This document shows, in pieces, positions 24,513 through 35,088 of a stretch of DNA of 64,000 bases (its first letter is position 1; every line of letters begins with the position of its first letter). The position numbers and the translations under genes were made by a program. The stretch is from the IMG/VR virus record IMGVR_UViG_3300032296_003307, positions 1 to 64,000 of that record, one strand, 5' to 3'. The notes beneath the pieces are model-generated. The model was not told the origin of the DNA. It saw only the letters and a list, made by a program, of their open reading frames with translations, and made no database searches.

Positions 24513-25076
24513 ATGAAAAAAGGGTTTCCTTATTTAGTAATAGCAATATTAATTGCTGTAATCATTTGGCTTACTAAATGTAACGGTGATACTATTGTTA
24601 CTAAAATAGATACCCAAACCACAATAAAATATAAGTGGGATACTTTTACTAAAAAGGAAACTGTTTATAAACCCAAATGGGAAAAAATTTATTTAACAGA
24701 TACTATTCATGATTCAATTCCTGTATATCAAGTTTTACCTTTTGTATTAACAAAAGATTCAATGATTATAAAAAATGATTCTACAGAAATTAAAGTAAAA
24801 TATGAAATAGTTAGTGAAAATCCTTTATATAAAATAGATAAAAGTATAAATTACAAAATTAGATACAAAGAAATTGAAAAAATAATAACAAAAGAGGTTG
24901 TTAGAAAACATGCCCTTTTTGCTGGTCCTTCAGTAGGTGTAGGTAAAACAAGTTATATTTCCTTAGATGGTTTATATGAAAGAAAAGGTAAAATCATCTA
25001 TAGAGCAGGAGTAGGAGTCAATACTCGTTTTGAACCTATGCTTAAGGCAGGGGTGTATTGGCAAATCTCCAAATAA
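24513..25076 (+). CDS. Membrane-anchored protein, possible spanin
   Basis: N-terminal TM (FPYLVIAILIAVIIWLTKC), extended middle region, C-terminal amphipathic beta strands ending GVYWQISK. Confidence 0.45.
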   Translation: MKKGFPYLVIAILIAVIIWLTKCNGDTIVTKIDTQTTIKYKWDTFTKKETVYKPKWEKIYLTDTIHDSIPVYQVLPFVLTKDSMIIKNDSTEIKVKYEIVSENPLYKIDKSINYKIRYKEIEKIITKEVVRKHALFAGPSVGVGKTSYISLDGLYERKGKIIYRAGVGVNTRFEPMLKAGVYWQISK

Positions 25077-25077
25077 T

Positions 25078-26646
25078 ATGAGTCAAGATCTAAGACAAAT
25101 AATCAGAGAAGAATATCTAAAGTGCGCTCAAGATCCAGCCCACTTTATGAAAAAATATTGCCACATACAACACCCTCAACGTGGCAGAGTAATATTCAAT
25201 TTATACCCCTTTCAGGAAAAAACATTACGTTTATTTAGAGATAATCCATATTCAATTGTATTAAAATCTCGTCAGTTAGGTATTTCAACATTAGCCGCAG
25301 GTTATTCTTTATGGTTAATGTTATTCCATAAAGACAAAAACGTACTTTGTATTGCAACTAAACAAGAAACAGCTCGTAACATGGTTACGAAGGTTAAGTT
25401 TATGTTTGATAATTTACCTTCTTGGTTAAAAATAAATGCTGAGGAAAACAATAAATTATCATTACGATTAAGTAATGGTTCACAAATTAAAGCCACCTCA
25501 GCAAGTTCAGATGCTGGTCGTTCAGAAGCAGTATCTTTGTTGATAGTCGATGAGGCAGCATTTATTGAACAAATTGGTGAAATTTGGGCTTCTGCTCAAC
25601 AAACATTAGCAACTGGTGGTGGTGCAATTGTATTATCAACTCCTTATGGTACCGGTAACTGGTTCCACAAAACTTGGGTTTCAGCAGAAAATGCTGAAAA
25701 TGATTTTTTACCAATTAAATTACCTTGGTATGTTCACCCTGAACGAGATGAAAATTGGAGAAAACGTCAAGATGAATTATTAGGAGATCCTAGATTAGCA
25801 GCACAAGAATGTGATTGCGATTTTAGTACTTCAGGTGATGTTGTATTTTATCCTGAATGGGTAGATTTTATAAAACAAACAACTATTAAAGATCCATTAG
25901 AGCGAAGAGGTGCTGACCAAAATTTATGGGTTTGGGAACCAGCAGATTACACTAGAGAATATATGATAGTAGCTGACGTAGCTAGAGGTGATGGTAAAGA
26001 CTCCTCAGCATGTCATGTTATTGATATAGCAACTAATACACAAGTTGCCGAATATAGAGGACAATTACCTCCTAAAGAATTTGGTTTCTTTTTAGTTGGG
26101 TTAGCCTCCGAATACAACAATGCAATGTTAGTAGTTGAAAATGCCTCTGTTGGTTGGGCTACTTTAGATGCTATTATTGAAAGAGGTTATCGTAACTTAT
26201 ATCATTCACCAAAATCAGACCAATTAACTGCCGAATCATACCTAAGAGTATTTGAAGGCAGTTCAGATATGACTCCTGGTTTTACAATGTCTTTAAGAAC
26301 AAGACCATTAGTAGTAAATAAATTTAGAGAATATGTTGGTGATCGTTCTGTAACAATTCGTTCAAAACGATTGTTAGAGGAAATGAAAGTATTTGTTTGG
26401 AAAAATGGTAGACCAGAAGCTCAAACAGGATACAACGATGATTTGGTAATGAGTTTTGGTATAGGAATGTATTTGAGAGATACTTCTTTAAAATTCCAAC
26501 AACTTTCTCATGATATGACTCGCGCTACACTTGGAAGTATGAAAAAAGTCACGTATACTGGTGCATACGGTACCAACCAAAATAAAAATCCTTTTCAAGT
26601 AGAAAATCCATATGGTGGATTTGAGGACATTAGTTGGATATTGTAA
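25078..26646 (+). CDS. terL: Terminase large subunit (T4 gp17-like)
   Basis: KSRQLGIS Walker A region, LLIVDEAAF Walker B, LSTPYG, nuclease ADVARGDGKD and YNDDLVMS. Confidence 0.95.
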   Translation: MSQDLRQIIREEYLKCAQDPAHFMKKYCHIQHPQRGRVIFNLYPFQEKTLRLFRDNPYSIVLKSRQLGISTLAAGYSLWLMLFHKDKNVLCIATKQETARNMVTKVKFMFDNLPSWLKINAEENNKLSLRLSNGSQIKATSASSDAGRSEAVSLLIVDEAAFIEQIGEIWASAQQTLATGGGAIVLSTPYGTGNWFHKTWVSAENAENDFLPIKLPWYVHPERDENWRKRQDELLGDPRLAAQECDCDFSTSGDVVFYPEWVDFIKQTTIKDPLERRGADQNLWVWEPADYTREYMIVADVARGDGKDSSACHVIDIATNTQVAEYRGQLPPKEFGFFLVGLASEYNNAMLVVENASVGWATLDAIIERGYRNLYHSPKSDQLTAESYLRVFEGSSDMTPGFTMSLRTRPLVVNKFREYVGDRSVTIRSKRLLEEMKVFVWKNGRPEAQTGYNDDLVMSFGIGMYLRDTSLKFQQLSHDMTRATLGSMKKVTYTGAYGTNQNKNPFQVENPYGGFEDISWIL

Positions 26647-26654
26647 TATTTATA
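26646..26654 (+). promoter_or_regulatory. ATATTTATA putative late promoter (portal)
   Basis: One of 17 copies seen just upstream of start codons. Confidence 0.65.
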
Positions 26655-26673
26655 ATATATAATTTATTCTAAA

Positions 26674-28587
26674 ATGGCAGACAAAAATCTATTCTCCCGA
26701 TTACAACGACTGTTTTCAACAGACGTCATTATAAGAAATCAGGGAGGAAATGAATTAAAAGTTATGGACGTGGATTCAATCCAACGTTCAGGAGACATAG
26801 CAACAAACTCTTTAATGGATAGATACAATCGTTTGTATTCTCCAGCATCAACCTCTTTATTAGGAGCCCAATTAAATGTAAACTGGCAGTATCTAAGAAC
26901 CATGGTTTATTCAGATTATGATAACATGGATTATGATGCTATTGTTGCCTCCGCTCTTGATATTATTGCCGATGAATCTACTTTAAAAAATGATTTAGGT
27001 GAAGTATTACATATTAAATCTAGTGATGATGATATTCAACAAATACTTTATAACTTATTTTATGATGTATTAAATATTGAATTTAATTTATGGAGTTGGA
27101 TTCGCCAAATGTGTAAATATGGTGACTTTTTCTTAAAACTAGAAATTGCTGAAAAATATGGTGTTTATAATGTAATTCCTTACACTGCTTTCCATATTGA
27201 AAGACAAGAAAATTACGATAAAGAACATCCAAATGCTGTAAGATTTAAATATTCACCAGAAGGTATTTATGCTGGTGGTTCAGGATATTATGGAACTCCT
27301 GTATTAGGAACTTTTAATAATAACGAAAACCAACCAGGTATTTTCTTTGACAACTATGAAATGGCTCACTTTAGATTGTTAACAGATGTTAACTATCTTC
27401 CTTATGGTCGTTCATATTTGGAACCAGCTCGTCGTATTTTTAAACAATATGTGTTAATGGAAGATGCTATGTTGATTCATAGAATTTCTCGTAGCCCAGA
27501 TCGTCGTATTTTCTATATTAACGTTGGTTCTATTCCTCCTAATGAGGTAGAAAATTTCATGCAGAAAACTATTTCTACAATGAAACGTACTCCTTTAATG
27601 GATAACCAAACAGGTGATTATAATTTAAAGTATAATATGCAAAACTTATTGGAAGACTTTTATATTCCAATTCGTGGTAATGATGTATCAACTAAAATTG
27701 AAACTACACCTGGTTTACAATATGATGGTATTCAAGATGTTACTTACTTAAGAGATAAATTATTTGCTGCCCTTAAAGTTCCTAAAGCATTTATGGGTTA
27801 TGAAAAAGATTTAACTGGTAAAGCAACATTAGCAGCCGAAGATATTCGTTTTGCTCGTACAATCAACAGAATACAAAGAATAACTCTATCAGAATTATAC
27901 AAAATTGCCTTAGTACATTTATATTCTCAGGGTTATACAGGTGAGCAATTAACTAATTTTGAATTAGAATTAACTACCCCATCAATTATCTATGACCAAG
28001 AAAAAATTGCCTTATTAACTCAAAAGGTAGACTTAGCTCAAAAGATTATGGATCTTAAAATATTACCTTCTGATTGGATTTATGATAATATATTCCACTT
28101 TAGTGAAGATCAATATGATGAGTATAGAGATCTAATTGTTGAAGACCAAAAACGTGCCTTTAGACAAAAACAAATTTCCGAAGAAGGAAATGATCCTAAA
28201 GTAACAGGTAAATCTTATGGTACACCACACGATTTAGCATCATTATATGGTAAAGGAAGAATGTATTCTGAACCTGAAAATGTACCTGTTGGTTATGGTG
28301 ATGATTTAAAATTAGGTCGTCCTGAAGAAAAATCAACTAATCGAAATACACAAGATGATAATTTTGGTAAAGATAGATTAGGTGCTAAGGGTATGAATGA
28401 TAAAGATAACGAAAATGAACAAGGAGGAATTAAACCAAACTATAAAGGAGGTTCACCCTTAGCTCTAGAGGCAAATCAAGTTTACCTTAAAAATAAAACT
28501 TTAATTGAGGGATTATTTAAAAATTCCACTCCTGAAAAAACAAACGAAGGAGAATCATTGTTAGATGAAAGTAAATTGAAGGAGTAA
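26674..28587 (+). CDS. gp20: Portal protein (T4 gp20-like)
   Basis: MEDAMLIHRISRSPDRRIFYINVG, EDFYIPIRG, YLRDKLFAALKVPK, EDIRFARTI. Confidence 0.95.
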   Translation: MADKNLFSRLQRLFSTDVIIRNQGGNELKVMDVDSIQRSGDIATNSLMDRYNRLYSPASTSLLGAQLNVNWQYLRTMVYSDYDNMDYDAIVASALDIIADESTLKNDLGEVLHIKSSDDDIQQILYNLFYDVLNIEFNLWSWIRQMCKYGDFFLKLEIAEKYGVYNVIPYTAFHIERQENYDKEHPNAVRFKYSPEGIYAGGSGYYGTPVLGTFNNNENQPGIFFDNYEMAHFRLLTDVNYLPYGRSYLEPARRIFKQYVLMEDAMLIHRISRSPDRRIFYINVGSIPPNEVENFMQKTISTMKRTPLMDNQTGDYNLKYNMQNLLEDFYIPIRGNDVSTKIETTPGLQYDGIQDVTYLRDKLFAALKVPKAFMGYEKDLTGKATLAAEDIRFARTINRIQRITLSELYKIALVHLYSQGYTGEQLTNFELELTTPSIIYDQEKIALLTQKVDLAQKIMDLKILPSDWIYDNIFHFSEDQYDEYRDLIVEDQKRAFRQKQISEEGNDPKVTGKSYGTPHDLASLYGKGRMYSEPENVPVGYGDDLKLGRPEEKSTNRNTQDDNFGKDRLGAKGMNDKDNENEQGGIKPNYKGGSPLALEANQVYLKNKTLIEGLFKNSTPEKTNEGESLLDESKLKE

Positions 28588-28621
28588 GGATCTTTATATA
28601 TTTATAACAAAATCTTTAGGG

Positions 28622-29479
28622 ATGAATATTAAACACTCTAAGTATAAAAATACGGGAATCTTGTTTGAGCTTTTAGTAAGACAAATTACCTCTGATACTT
28701 TATCAGGTAAAGATTCAAAAGCATCAAGTATCCTTAAAAAATACTTTGTAAAAACCGAGTTAGGTAGAGAATACAAATTGTATGAAACTCTTACCAAACA
28801 CAAAAACTTAACAGAAGGTAAAGCCGAGGTTGTAATTAATTCAGTTATTGAGTCCTCTAAACATTTGAATAGAGGAGCTTTAAAAAGACAAAAATACAAT
28901 CTGATTAAAGAAATTCAAAACCATTATAACTTGGAAGAGTTCTTTAAAACTAAATTACCTAACTACAAAACTCACGCTGCATTATATACGTTGATAGAGA
29001 TATATAACAGCGAAAACTTATCCAACCCCGACCAACTAATTTCAAACAAAATTGCTATTTTAGAAAGTTTAACAACCAAACAGGTTAATAAACAAAAGGT
29101 TGAGGATGATTTAATAACTGAGTTCCAATCTTACGATAAAGACTTACGTATTTTAACTTACAAAGTAATGTTGGAAAAATTCAATGGTAAATATTCTACA
29201 TTGAATGATAATCAAAAAATAGTATTAAAAGAATTCATTAATTCAGTAGATTCTACTCCAAAATTAAGAGACTTTTATAATACTAAAGTTACAGAAATTA
29301 AAGAAGAATTAAATAAGTTATATAAAAAAGTTACTGAAAAAGTAATTCAGATTAAATTAAATGAGGTTACTAATTTATTGACTCCATTAGGAAAAACATC
29401 TAATGTGGGTAATGATGATTTAGTAAATTTATTACAATATTACGAACTTTTAGAAGAACTTACAAAAGCAAATGGGTAA
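28622..29479 (+). CDS. Conserved head-module hypothetical protein
   Basis: Located between portal and protease; preceded by ATATTTATA. Confidence 0.7.
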   Translation: MNIKHSKYKNTGILFELLVRQITSDTLSGKDSKASSILKKYFVKTELGREYKLYETLTKHKNLTEGKAEVVINSVIESSKHLNRGALKRQKYNLIKEIQNHYNLEEFFKTKLPNYKTHAALYTLIEIYNSENLSNPDQLISNKIAILESLTTKQVNKQKVEDDLITEFQSYDKDLRILTYKVMLEKFNGKYSTLNDNQKIVLKEFINSVDSTPKLRDFYNTKVTEIKEELNKLYKKVTEKVIQIKLNEVTNLLTPLGKTSNVGNDDLVNLLQYYELLEELTKANG

Positions 29480-30410
29480 ATATAAATTCAAATTAAGCGA
29501 AGTTGATAGAAAAGTCCTTAAACCAAAGGATGTTGACCCTGCCTTAATTAAAAGAATAGAAGCCCAATACGGTCCTGTTGATATGGTAAATGACTTCTTC
29601 TCCAGTGACCTAAAAACTTATTTTAAAACAGACAGTATTAACCCAGAAACAGGCTCAATTAGTCATGAATTGATTCAATTGGCTTCTTTTACTGAAAGTT
29701 TTTCTAAATTATATTCTACTATACAAGCATTTAAAAACTTATTAACTTCCCCTGAAGGTAAAAACGATAAGGTAGTAAATGATACTTTAGTTAAATTAAA
29801 AGATCTTTTTAATGCTTATAGAACCTACCTTCGTAAATACTATCCTGACCAATATGAGGCTGTTAAATCACAATTGGATGAAATATCTTCAATAGCTTCA
29901 AATTCCTTTTTTACTTCCGGAGGTGAAGGTGAAAACCATACAGGTCCTTCTCCACGTAAATCTACTTACGGAGCTTATACACAAGCCGGATTCAAACCAG
30001 TAAAAGAAGGTCCTGGAGCAACATTAGGTCCTGGTCCTAAAGCTGGTCCTGAAGGTGTTAAAGACAATATGTATGTGAAGAAGTTCAAATACAAATTAGT
30101 TGACCAACCTGCCTTAAATAAAGCAGCCAAAGGAATTGAGGTTAAAAAATTATGGGAGGCAGAAGATATTGAACAGTTTTTAAATGACATGCAGATAAAT
30201 GATCCTAAAAAAAGAAAATTTGTTGCATCTCGTTTACTGGCTTTTGATTCATTAGAGGATAAATTAAATCAATTAGTTCCTATGATGCAACAAGCCAAAC
30301 ATAAAACTGTTGATTATTACAGAGAAAATCCTGAATCATATGAAATTGTTTATGGAACAGATTTAGCTCAAGAATACTTAAACGACTTATTACAATTATT
30401 TAAAGATTAA
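29472..30410 (+). CDS. Head-module hypothetical protein (putative prohead core)
   Basis: Linkers KLSE/QLDE/PVKE/LWE; overlaps the upstream stop. Confidence 0.65.
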   Translation: MGKYKFKLSEVDRKVLKPKDVDPALIKRIEAQYGPVDMVNDFFSSDLKTYFKTDSINPETGSISHELIQLASFTESFSKLYSTIQAFKNLLTSPEGKNDKVVNDTLVKLKDLFNAYRTYLRKYYPDQYEAVKSQLDEISSIASNSFFTSGGEGENHTGPSPRKSTYGAYTQAGFKPVKEGPGATLGPGPKAGPEGVKDNMYVKKFKYKLVDQPALNKAAKGIEVKKLWEAEDIEQFLNDMQINDPKKRKFVASRLLAFDSLEDKLNQLVPMMQQAKHKTVDYYRENPESYEIVYGTDLAQEYLNDLLQLFKD

Positions 30411-30413
30411 CAT

Positions 30414-30641
30414 ATGGCAAATATACCAGTAAACCCACTAGGAGTAGTAACAACAACATCAATAACAGGTAGTTTCGCAGGCTTTACAGTAGTGTCAGGT
30501 TCTGCCACTATTACAGGCTTAAAAGATGCTAACGGAGGAGAATTAACAACTACTGACTGGGTTATTCCAGCAGGATTCACTATTCCTATTTACGTAACAA
30601 GTGCTTCTCTTTCATCAGGAGCAATATTACTTTATCCTTAA
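30414..30641 (+). CDS. Small beta-rich structural protein
   Basis: 75-aa Thr/Ser/Gly-rich ORF in the head operon. Confidence 0.6.
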   Translation: MANIPVNPLGVVTTTSITGSFAGFTVVSGSATITGLKDANGGELTTTDWVIPAGFTIPIYVTSASLSSGAILLYP

Positions 30642-30653
30642 TATTTATAACAA

Positions 30654-31268
30654 ATGGAAAAAACATTGCAACAACAATACATCCTTATTAAAGAAGGAAA
30701 AGGAAACAAAGATGACTTTTTAAAAAGTGCTCGTCGTGTATTTCCTGAATACATTTCTCCTTTAACTGACTACAAAACAGCAGTTCATATTCTAAAAGGT
30801 AAAAGTGTTTTATCTGAGGGTGTAGGAGGAATAGCTACCCAAAACCCAAACAAACCAGATTGGTTTAAAATTTTTAACGAAAACTTGAAAGAAGCCGTTG
30901 GTGTTAAAGATAAAAAAGAATACGGTGACCAAAACACATTTGAAAAAATTGATAAAGATGTAGCTAAAGCCTTAGAAAGCAACTTTGATAATAAAGATCC
31001 TAAAAACATAGATAATGTTTATGGTCAATCATTTTTGTTAGGTTACTACACCGAAATGAAAGATCCTAAAAATGCTGATAAAACAGTTGATGAATTAAAA
31101 GCCATTGTTTTAAAAAACATGGATAAAGACATTAACTACTATCACACAGAAGCATCTTTTGGTGTTAAAGGAATCGGATACACTAAAGAAGCACCAGGAT
31201 TAGGTGAGCCAAAAGCACCAAAAGGCAAATACAAATCCTCAGGATACGGTGATTTAGATAAAAAATAA
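30654..31268 (+). CDS. Head-module hypothetical protein
   Basis: Preceded by ATATTTATA; LIKE/VLSE/NLKE linkers. Confidence 0.65.
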   Translation: MEKTLQQQYILIKEGKGNKDDFLKSARRVFPEYISPLTDYKTAVHILKGKSVLSEGVGGIATQNPNKPDWFKIFNENLKEAVGVKDKKEYGDQNTFEKIDKDVAKALESNFDNKDPKNIDNVYGQSFLLGYYTEMKDPKNADKTVDELKAIVLKNMDKDINYYHTEASFGVKGIGYTKEAPGLGEPKAPKGKYKSSGYGDLDKK

Positions 31269-31269
31269 A

Positions 31270-31872
31270 ATGAAACAAGTATTAATTGAAACCATACCAT
31301 TTACAGTCTCACGTGAACAATTACACGAGGGTCTTAAAGCATCTTCAGGCAATCCTTTGGTTGAAGGAATACTTGCTACAGCCGAGGTAAAAAATGGTAA
31401 TGGTCGTTATTATCCAAAAGAGTTATGGGAAAGAGAAATTGACAAGTATCAACAAATGATTGATAGTAATACTTCAACAGGTGAGCTAGATCACCCTGAT
31501 TCCTCAATTATCTCTTTAAAAAATGTTTCTCACATCATCAGAAAATGCTGGTGGGATGGTGATAAAGTAATGGGTAAAATAGAAATTTTACCTACAGTGT
31601 CAGGCAACATATTAAAAGCCCTTATTGATAATGGAGTTACAGTAGGTGTATCCTCTAGAGGAATGGGTTCTCTAAAACAAATTGGAGAAACATTAGAGGT
31701 ACAAGATGATTTTGAATTATTGTGTTGGGACTTTGTATCAACACCTTCAAATCCAGGTTCATATATGACATTGGTTAAAGAAGGTAAAGAAGTTCAAGCA
31801 TACAAATATGGTAAAGTAAATTCTTTACTAACTGAGATCCTTTGTGCAAACGGATCTTGCCCAATATTTTAA
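31270..31872 (+). CDS. gp21: Prohead core protease (T4 gp21-like)
   Basis: KNGNGRYYP, GELDHP, VSHII, GVSSRGMGS, WDFVSTPS. Confidence 0.95.
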   Translation: MKQVLIETIPFTVSREQLHEGLKASSGNPLVEGILATAEVKNGNGRYYPKELWEREIDKYQQMIDSNTSTGELDHPDSSIISLKNVSHIIRKCWWDGDKVMGKIEILPTVSGNILKALIDNGVTVGVSSRGMGSLKQIGETLEVQDDFELLCWDFVSTPSNPGSYMTLVKEGKEVQAYKYGKVNSLLTEILCANGSCPIF

Positions 31873-31900
31873 CCCCCTCCTTGGATAGTATCCCTGGACC

Positions 31901-31931
31901 GACCCTCCCCTAAAAAGGAGGGTTTCATTTT
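31901..31931 (+). terminator. Intrinsic terminator
   Basis: GACCCTCC-cctaaaaa-GGAGGGTT followed by TCATTTT. Confidence 0.65.
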
Positions 31932-32080
31932 GCGACCTTTAGAAATTCCCATATATGTATATTTGAATATGCGATCTCTATATCGCATTTATTGAAAATA
32001 TTCTATTACGCTTCGACCTTCGTCAGTCATCAATAAGCGTACTTCCAACAAAAATTATTTGAGGACAAAAACCAAACAAA

Positions 32081-33172
32081 ATGGCAAACAGAGACTTACT
32101 TAAAGAAGCCATTGCCGATGCTAAAGCTGTTAAGGAAACAGCCATCGCCAATGCAAAGGCCGCTCTTGAAGAAGCTTTCGCTCCACGCATGAAAGAAATG
32201 CTATCTGCAAAGTTAGCAGAAATGGATGCAATGGATGAAGCTGAAGAGATGGACGAAATGAAAAAGAAGGAAGTTGAGGAAACTTACAGCATGGACGAAG
32301 CTGATTACATGGACGAAGCTGATACAATGGATGAAGCTGAAGAAATGAAAGAAGCTGAAAAAATGGATGAAGTTGATCTTGACGAACTTTTAAGAGAGCT
32401 TGAATCTATGGAAGAAGAAACCATGGAAGAAGCTAAAAAAGAAGACAAGAAGAAAAAATCATTAGAAGAAGAAGTTGAAGAAGCTTTAGGAACAATTAAT
32501 GACCCTGACACCCCTACAGCCCACGGTAACGTAGCTGAAGAAGAGGATGTAACTGTTTCCGATGATGAAGAAATCGATCTTGAAAACATGTCAGAAGATG
32601 ATCTTAAATCTTTCATCGAAGACGTAATCGCCGACATGGTATCCGCTGGTGAATTAGAAGCCGGTGAAGGTGCTGAAGAAAAAGGCGAAGAAAAAGGTGA
32701 AGAAGAAATTAAAGTTAGTGATGAAGAAGATGTTAATCTTGATGAATTAATGTATGAAATCAAGAAAGACAAAGCAAACAAGGAAAAAGAAACAAAGAAG
32801 AAAATGGAAGAAATGAAGAAAGAGTTAGACGAGGCTTATTCTGCATTAGCAACCATCAAATCTGAATTGAATGAAGTTAACTTGTTTAACGCTAAACTTC
32901 TTTATACCAACAAAATCTTCAGAACCAAAAACTTGACTGAAAGTCAAAAAGTAAAAGTATTGGCTAGCTTTGATAAAGCCACTAGTGTTAAAGAAGCAAA
33001 ACTTGTTTATGAAACCCTTTCAGAAGGATTTAATGAAAAGAAAGCTCCTGTCAATGAATCATTGTTAAGAGGATCTGCTTCTAAACCTGCTGGTGTCGTT
33101 AAAGAAAGAAAACCAATCATGGAAGTAAACGACCAATTTGCCCGTTGGCAGAAATTGGCTGGAATTAAGTAA
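32081..33172 (+). CDS. gp22: Prohead scaffold protein (T4 gp22-like)
   Basis: Highly acidic coiled coil between protease and capsid genes; NEVNLFNAKLLY; ends RWQKLAGIK. Confidence 0.85.
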   Translation: MANRDLLKEAIADAKAVKETAIANAKAALEEAFAPRMKEMLSAKLAEMDAMDEAEEMDEMKKKEVEETYSMDEADYMDEADTMDEAEEMKEAEKMDEVDLDELLRELESMEEETMEEAKKEDKKKKSLEEEVEEALGTINDPDTPTAHGNVAEEEDVTVSDDEEIDLENMSEDDLKSFIEDVIADMVSAGELEAGEGAEEKGEEKGEEEIKVSDEEDVNLDELMYEIKKDKANKEKETKKKMEEMKKELDEAYSALATIKSELNEVNLFNAKLLYTNKIFRTKNLTESQKVKVLASFDKATSVKEAKLVYETLSEGFNEKKAPVNESLLRGSASKPAGVVKERKPIMEVNDQFARWQKLAGIK

Positions 33173-33212
33173 AAACAAAACAAAAAACAAACAATTAAAA
33201 AAACTAAACAAA

Positions 33213-34976
33213 ATGTCACAAGTACAACAATTACTCGAAAGCGCAGCTGGCTCATGGAAGTCACTCCAGAGCGATGCTGCTAAATTGGCCGGTAAATGGT
33301 CAAGAACTGGATTGTTAGAAGGTTTAGATGAAGTTAACAAAAATAACATGTCTATCTTGTTAGAAAACCAAGCTAAACAGTTAGTAACTGAAACTAACAC
33401 TATCTCTTCTAACTCATTTTATCAATCAGGTGGTCAAGGTGAAAACTGGGCTGGTATTGCTTTGCCTTTAGTTCGTAAGGTATTCGGAACTATCGTAGCT
33501 AAAGAATTCGTTTCAGTTCAGCCTATGAACATGCCTTCAGGTCTCGTGTTCTTCTTAGATTTCCAATACGGAAATAACAAGACTCCTTACACTGCAGGTT
33601 CTTCAATCTATGGTAACAGAAACACTGCTTCTCAGTTCCCATTCTCTACTCCTGCTGCCGAAGGTGGTCTTTATGGTGGTCCTGAAGGTCGTTTCACCTA
33701 CTCTACTAACCAATTCTCTGCTTCATTCACAGCAACTGGTTCAGTAGGTGGTGGTACTTTACCTACAGTTACTGCTGGTAACGCTACTGTAGTTACAGCT
33801 TCTTGGGCTGAATTAAATTTTGATTCTGATTACTCATCTTCAGTTATTGCTAACCAAATCTACAAAATAACTATCACTGCTTCAAACGCTACTTTACCTA
33901 GCTTTGATCAAGATGCAGTTCGTGGTTTCGTAGGTTCAGGTAGCACAGCTGGTTTCGGTACTGCTTTTGCTCCTGCTAACTTATTACCTCAGTTCACTAC
34001 CTACAACTACAGCGCTAACAGCATTAGCTTGTTCTATACTGCTTCTGCTACCGCTACTTGTTCTGGTTCTTTCACAGTATTCTATGAAAAATCAACTTCA
34101 AGAGATGGTCTTAATGTAACCTCAGGTGACAACGTAACCTCAGGTAATTACTCAGGTCGTGGTGATTTCGAAGCTGATGGCGCTTTCTCAATCCCTAACG
34201 CTGCTTCTGCTACTCAAATCGTTATCCCTGAAATCAACGTTAGAATGCAGTCACAGCCTATCACAGCTAAAACCAAGAAATTGAAAGCTGTATGGACTCC
34301 TGAATTTGCTCAAGACTTAGCTGCTTACCAAAACATCGATGCTGAAGCTGAATTAACCAACATCATGAGCGAGTACATTTCTATGGAAATTGACCTCGAA
34401 ATTCTTGACATGTTGATTGAAGATGCTGCCGCTGGTACTGAATACTGGTCAGCTGTTAACAACCAGATCTACAACGGAACTACTTTAGTAACTAATGCTT
34501 CTGGTTTCTACAACACTCAAGGTCAGTGGTTCCAAACTTTAGGAACTAAGATCCAGAAGTTAAGCAACAAAATCCACCAGTTAACTCTTCGTGGAGGCGC
34601 TAACTTCTTAGTAACTTCTCCAACTATCGCTACTATTCTTGAATCTATCCCTGGATTCGCTTCTACTAACAACGGTGAAGCTGATCAAATGGAATATGCT
34701 TTCGGAGTACAGAAAGTTGGTTCAGTTAACGGTCGTTACAAGGTTTATAAAAACCCATACATGACTGAAAACTTGATCTTGTTAGGTTACAGAGGTAGCC
34801 AGTTCCTTGAAACAGGTGCTGTGTTTGCTCCTTACATTCCTTTGATCATGACTCCTCTAGTGTACGATCCTGATACCTTCACTCCACGTAAAGGTCTCTT
34901 GACTCGCTACGCTAAGAAGATGTTACGTCCTGAATTCTACGCTAAGATCTATGTTAGTGGATTAAACACTATCTAA
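33213..34976 (+). CDS. gp23: Major capsid protein (T4 gp23-like)
   Basis: LLENQ, SVQPMNMPSGLVFFL, KLKAVWTPEFAQDL, FAPYIPL, FTPRKGLLTRY. ATG 33213 follows an A-rich leader. Confidence 0.97.
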   Translation: MSQVQQLLESAAGSWKSLQSDAAKLAGKWSRTGLLEGLDEVNKNNMSILLENQAKQLVTETNTISSNSFYQSGGQGENWAGIALPLVRKVFGTIVAKEFVSVQPMNMPSGLVFFLDFQYGNNKTPYTAGSSIYGNRNTASQFPFSTPAAEGGLYGGPEGRFTYSTNQFSASFTATGSVGGGTLPTVTAGNATVVTASWAELNFDSDYSSSVIANQIYKITITASNATLPSFDQDAVRGFVGSGSTAGFGTAFAPANLLPQFTTYNYSANSISLFYTASATATCSGSFTVFYEKSTSRDGLNVTSGDNVTSGNYSGRGDFEADGAFSIPNAASATQIVIPEINVRMQSQPITAKTKKLKAVWTPEFAQDLAAYQNIDAEAELTNIMSEYISMEIDLEILDMLIEDAAAGTEYWSAVNNQIYNGTTLVTNASGFYNTQGQWFQTLGTKIQKLSNKIHQLTLRGGANFLVTSPTIATILESIPGFASTNNGEADQMEYAFGVQKVGSVNGRYKVYKNPYMTENLILLGYRGSQFLETGAVFAPYIPLIMTPLVYDPDTFTPRKGLLTRYAKKMLRPEFYAKIYVSGLNTI

Positions 34977-35006
34977 TCTTAGAGAAAGGATAAACAACTC
35001 ACAAAA

Positions 35007-35039
35007 GGGCCTAGATTTTTCTAGGCCCTCTTTGTTTTT
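35007..35039 (+). terminator. Intrinsic terminator after the major capsid gene
   Basis: GGGCCTAGA-tttt-TCTAGGCCC followed by TCTTTGTTTTT. Confidence 0.85.
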
Positions 35040-35088
35040 AGGTATTCCTACTATATTTATAGGAAACACAGTTATAAAAATAAATTTT

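Noticed and set aside
31929-31965. Bacteroidota sigma70 promoter before the scaffold (TATATTTG at 31958)
   Set aside because: The -7 match is perfect, but the nearest TTTG is 25 nt away rather than 19-21. It overlaps the ATATGTATA late-type variant, which explains the site better.
25078-34976. Introns or inteins in terminase, portal or capsid
   Set aside because: The ORFs are continuous, of plausible length, and show no intein C/S...HN motifs.
25030-35088. Longer upstream starts in the track for terminase (25030), capsid (33138) and amidinotransferase (35032)
   Set aside because: The extensions overlap upstream genes, terminators or promoter motifs. ATGs at 25078, 33213 and 35089 fit better.
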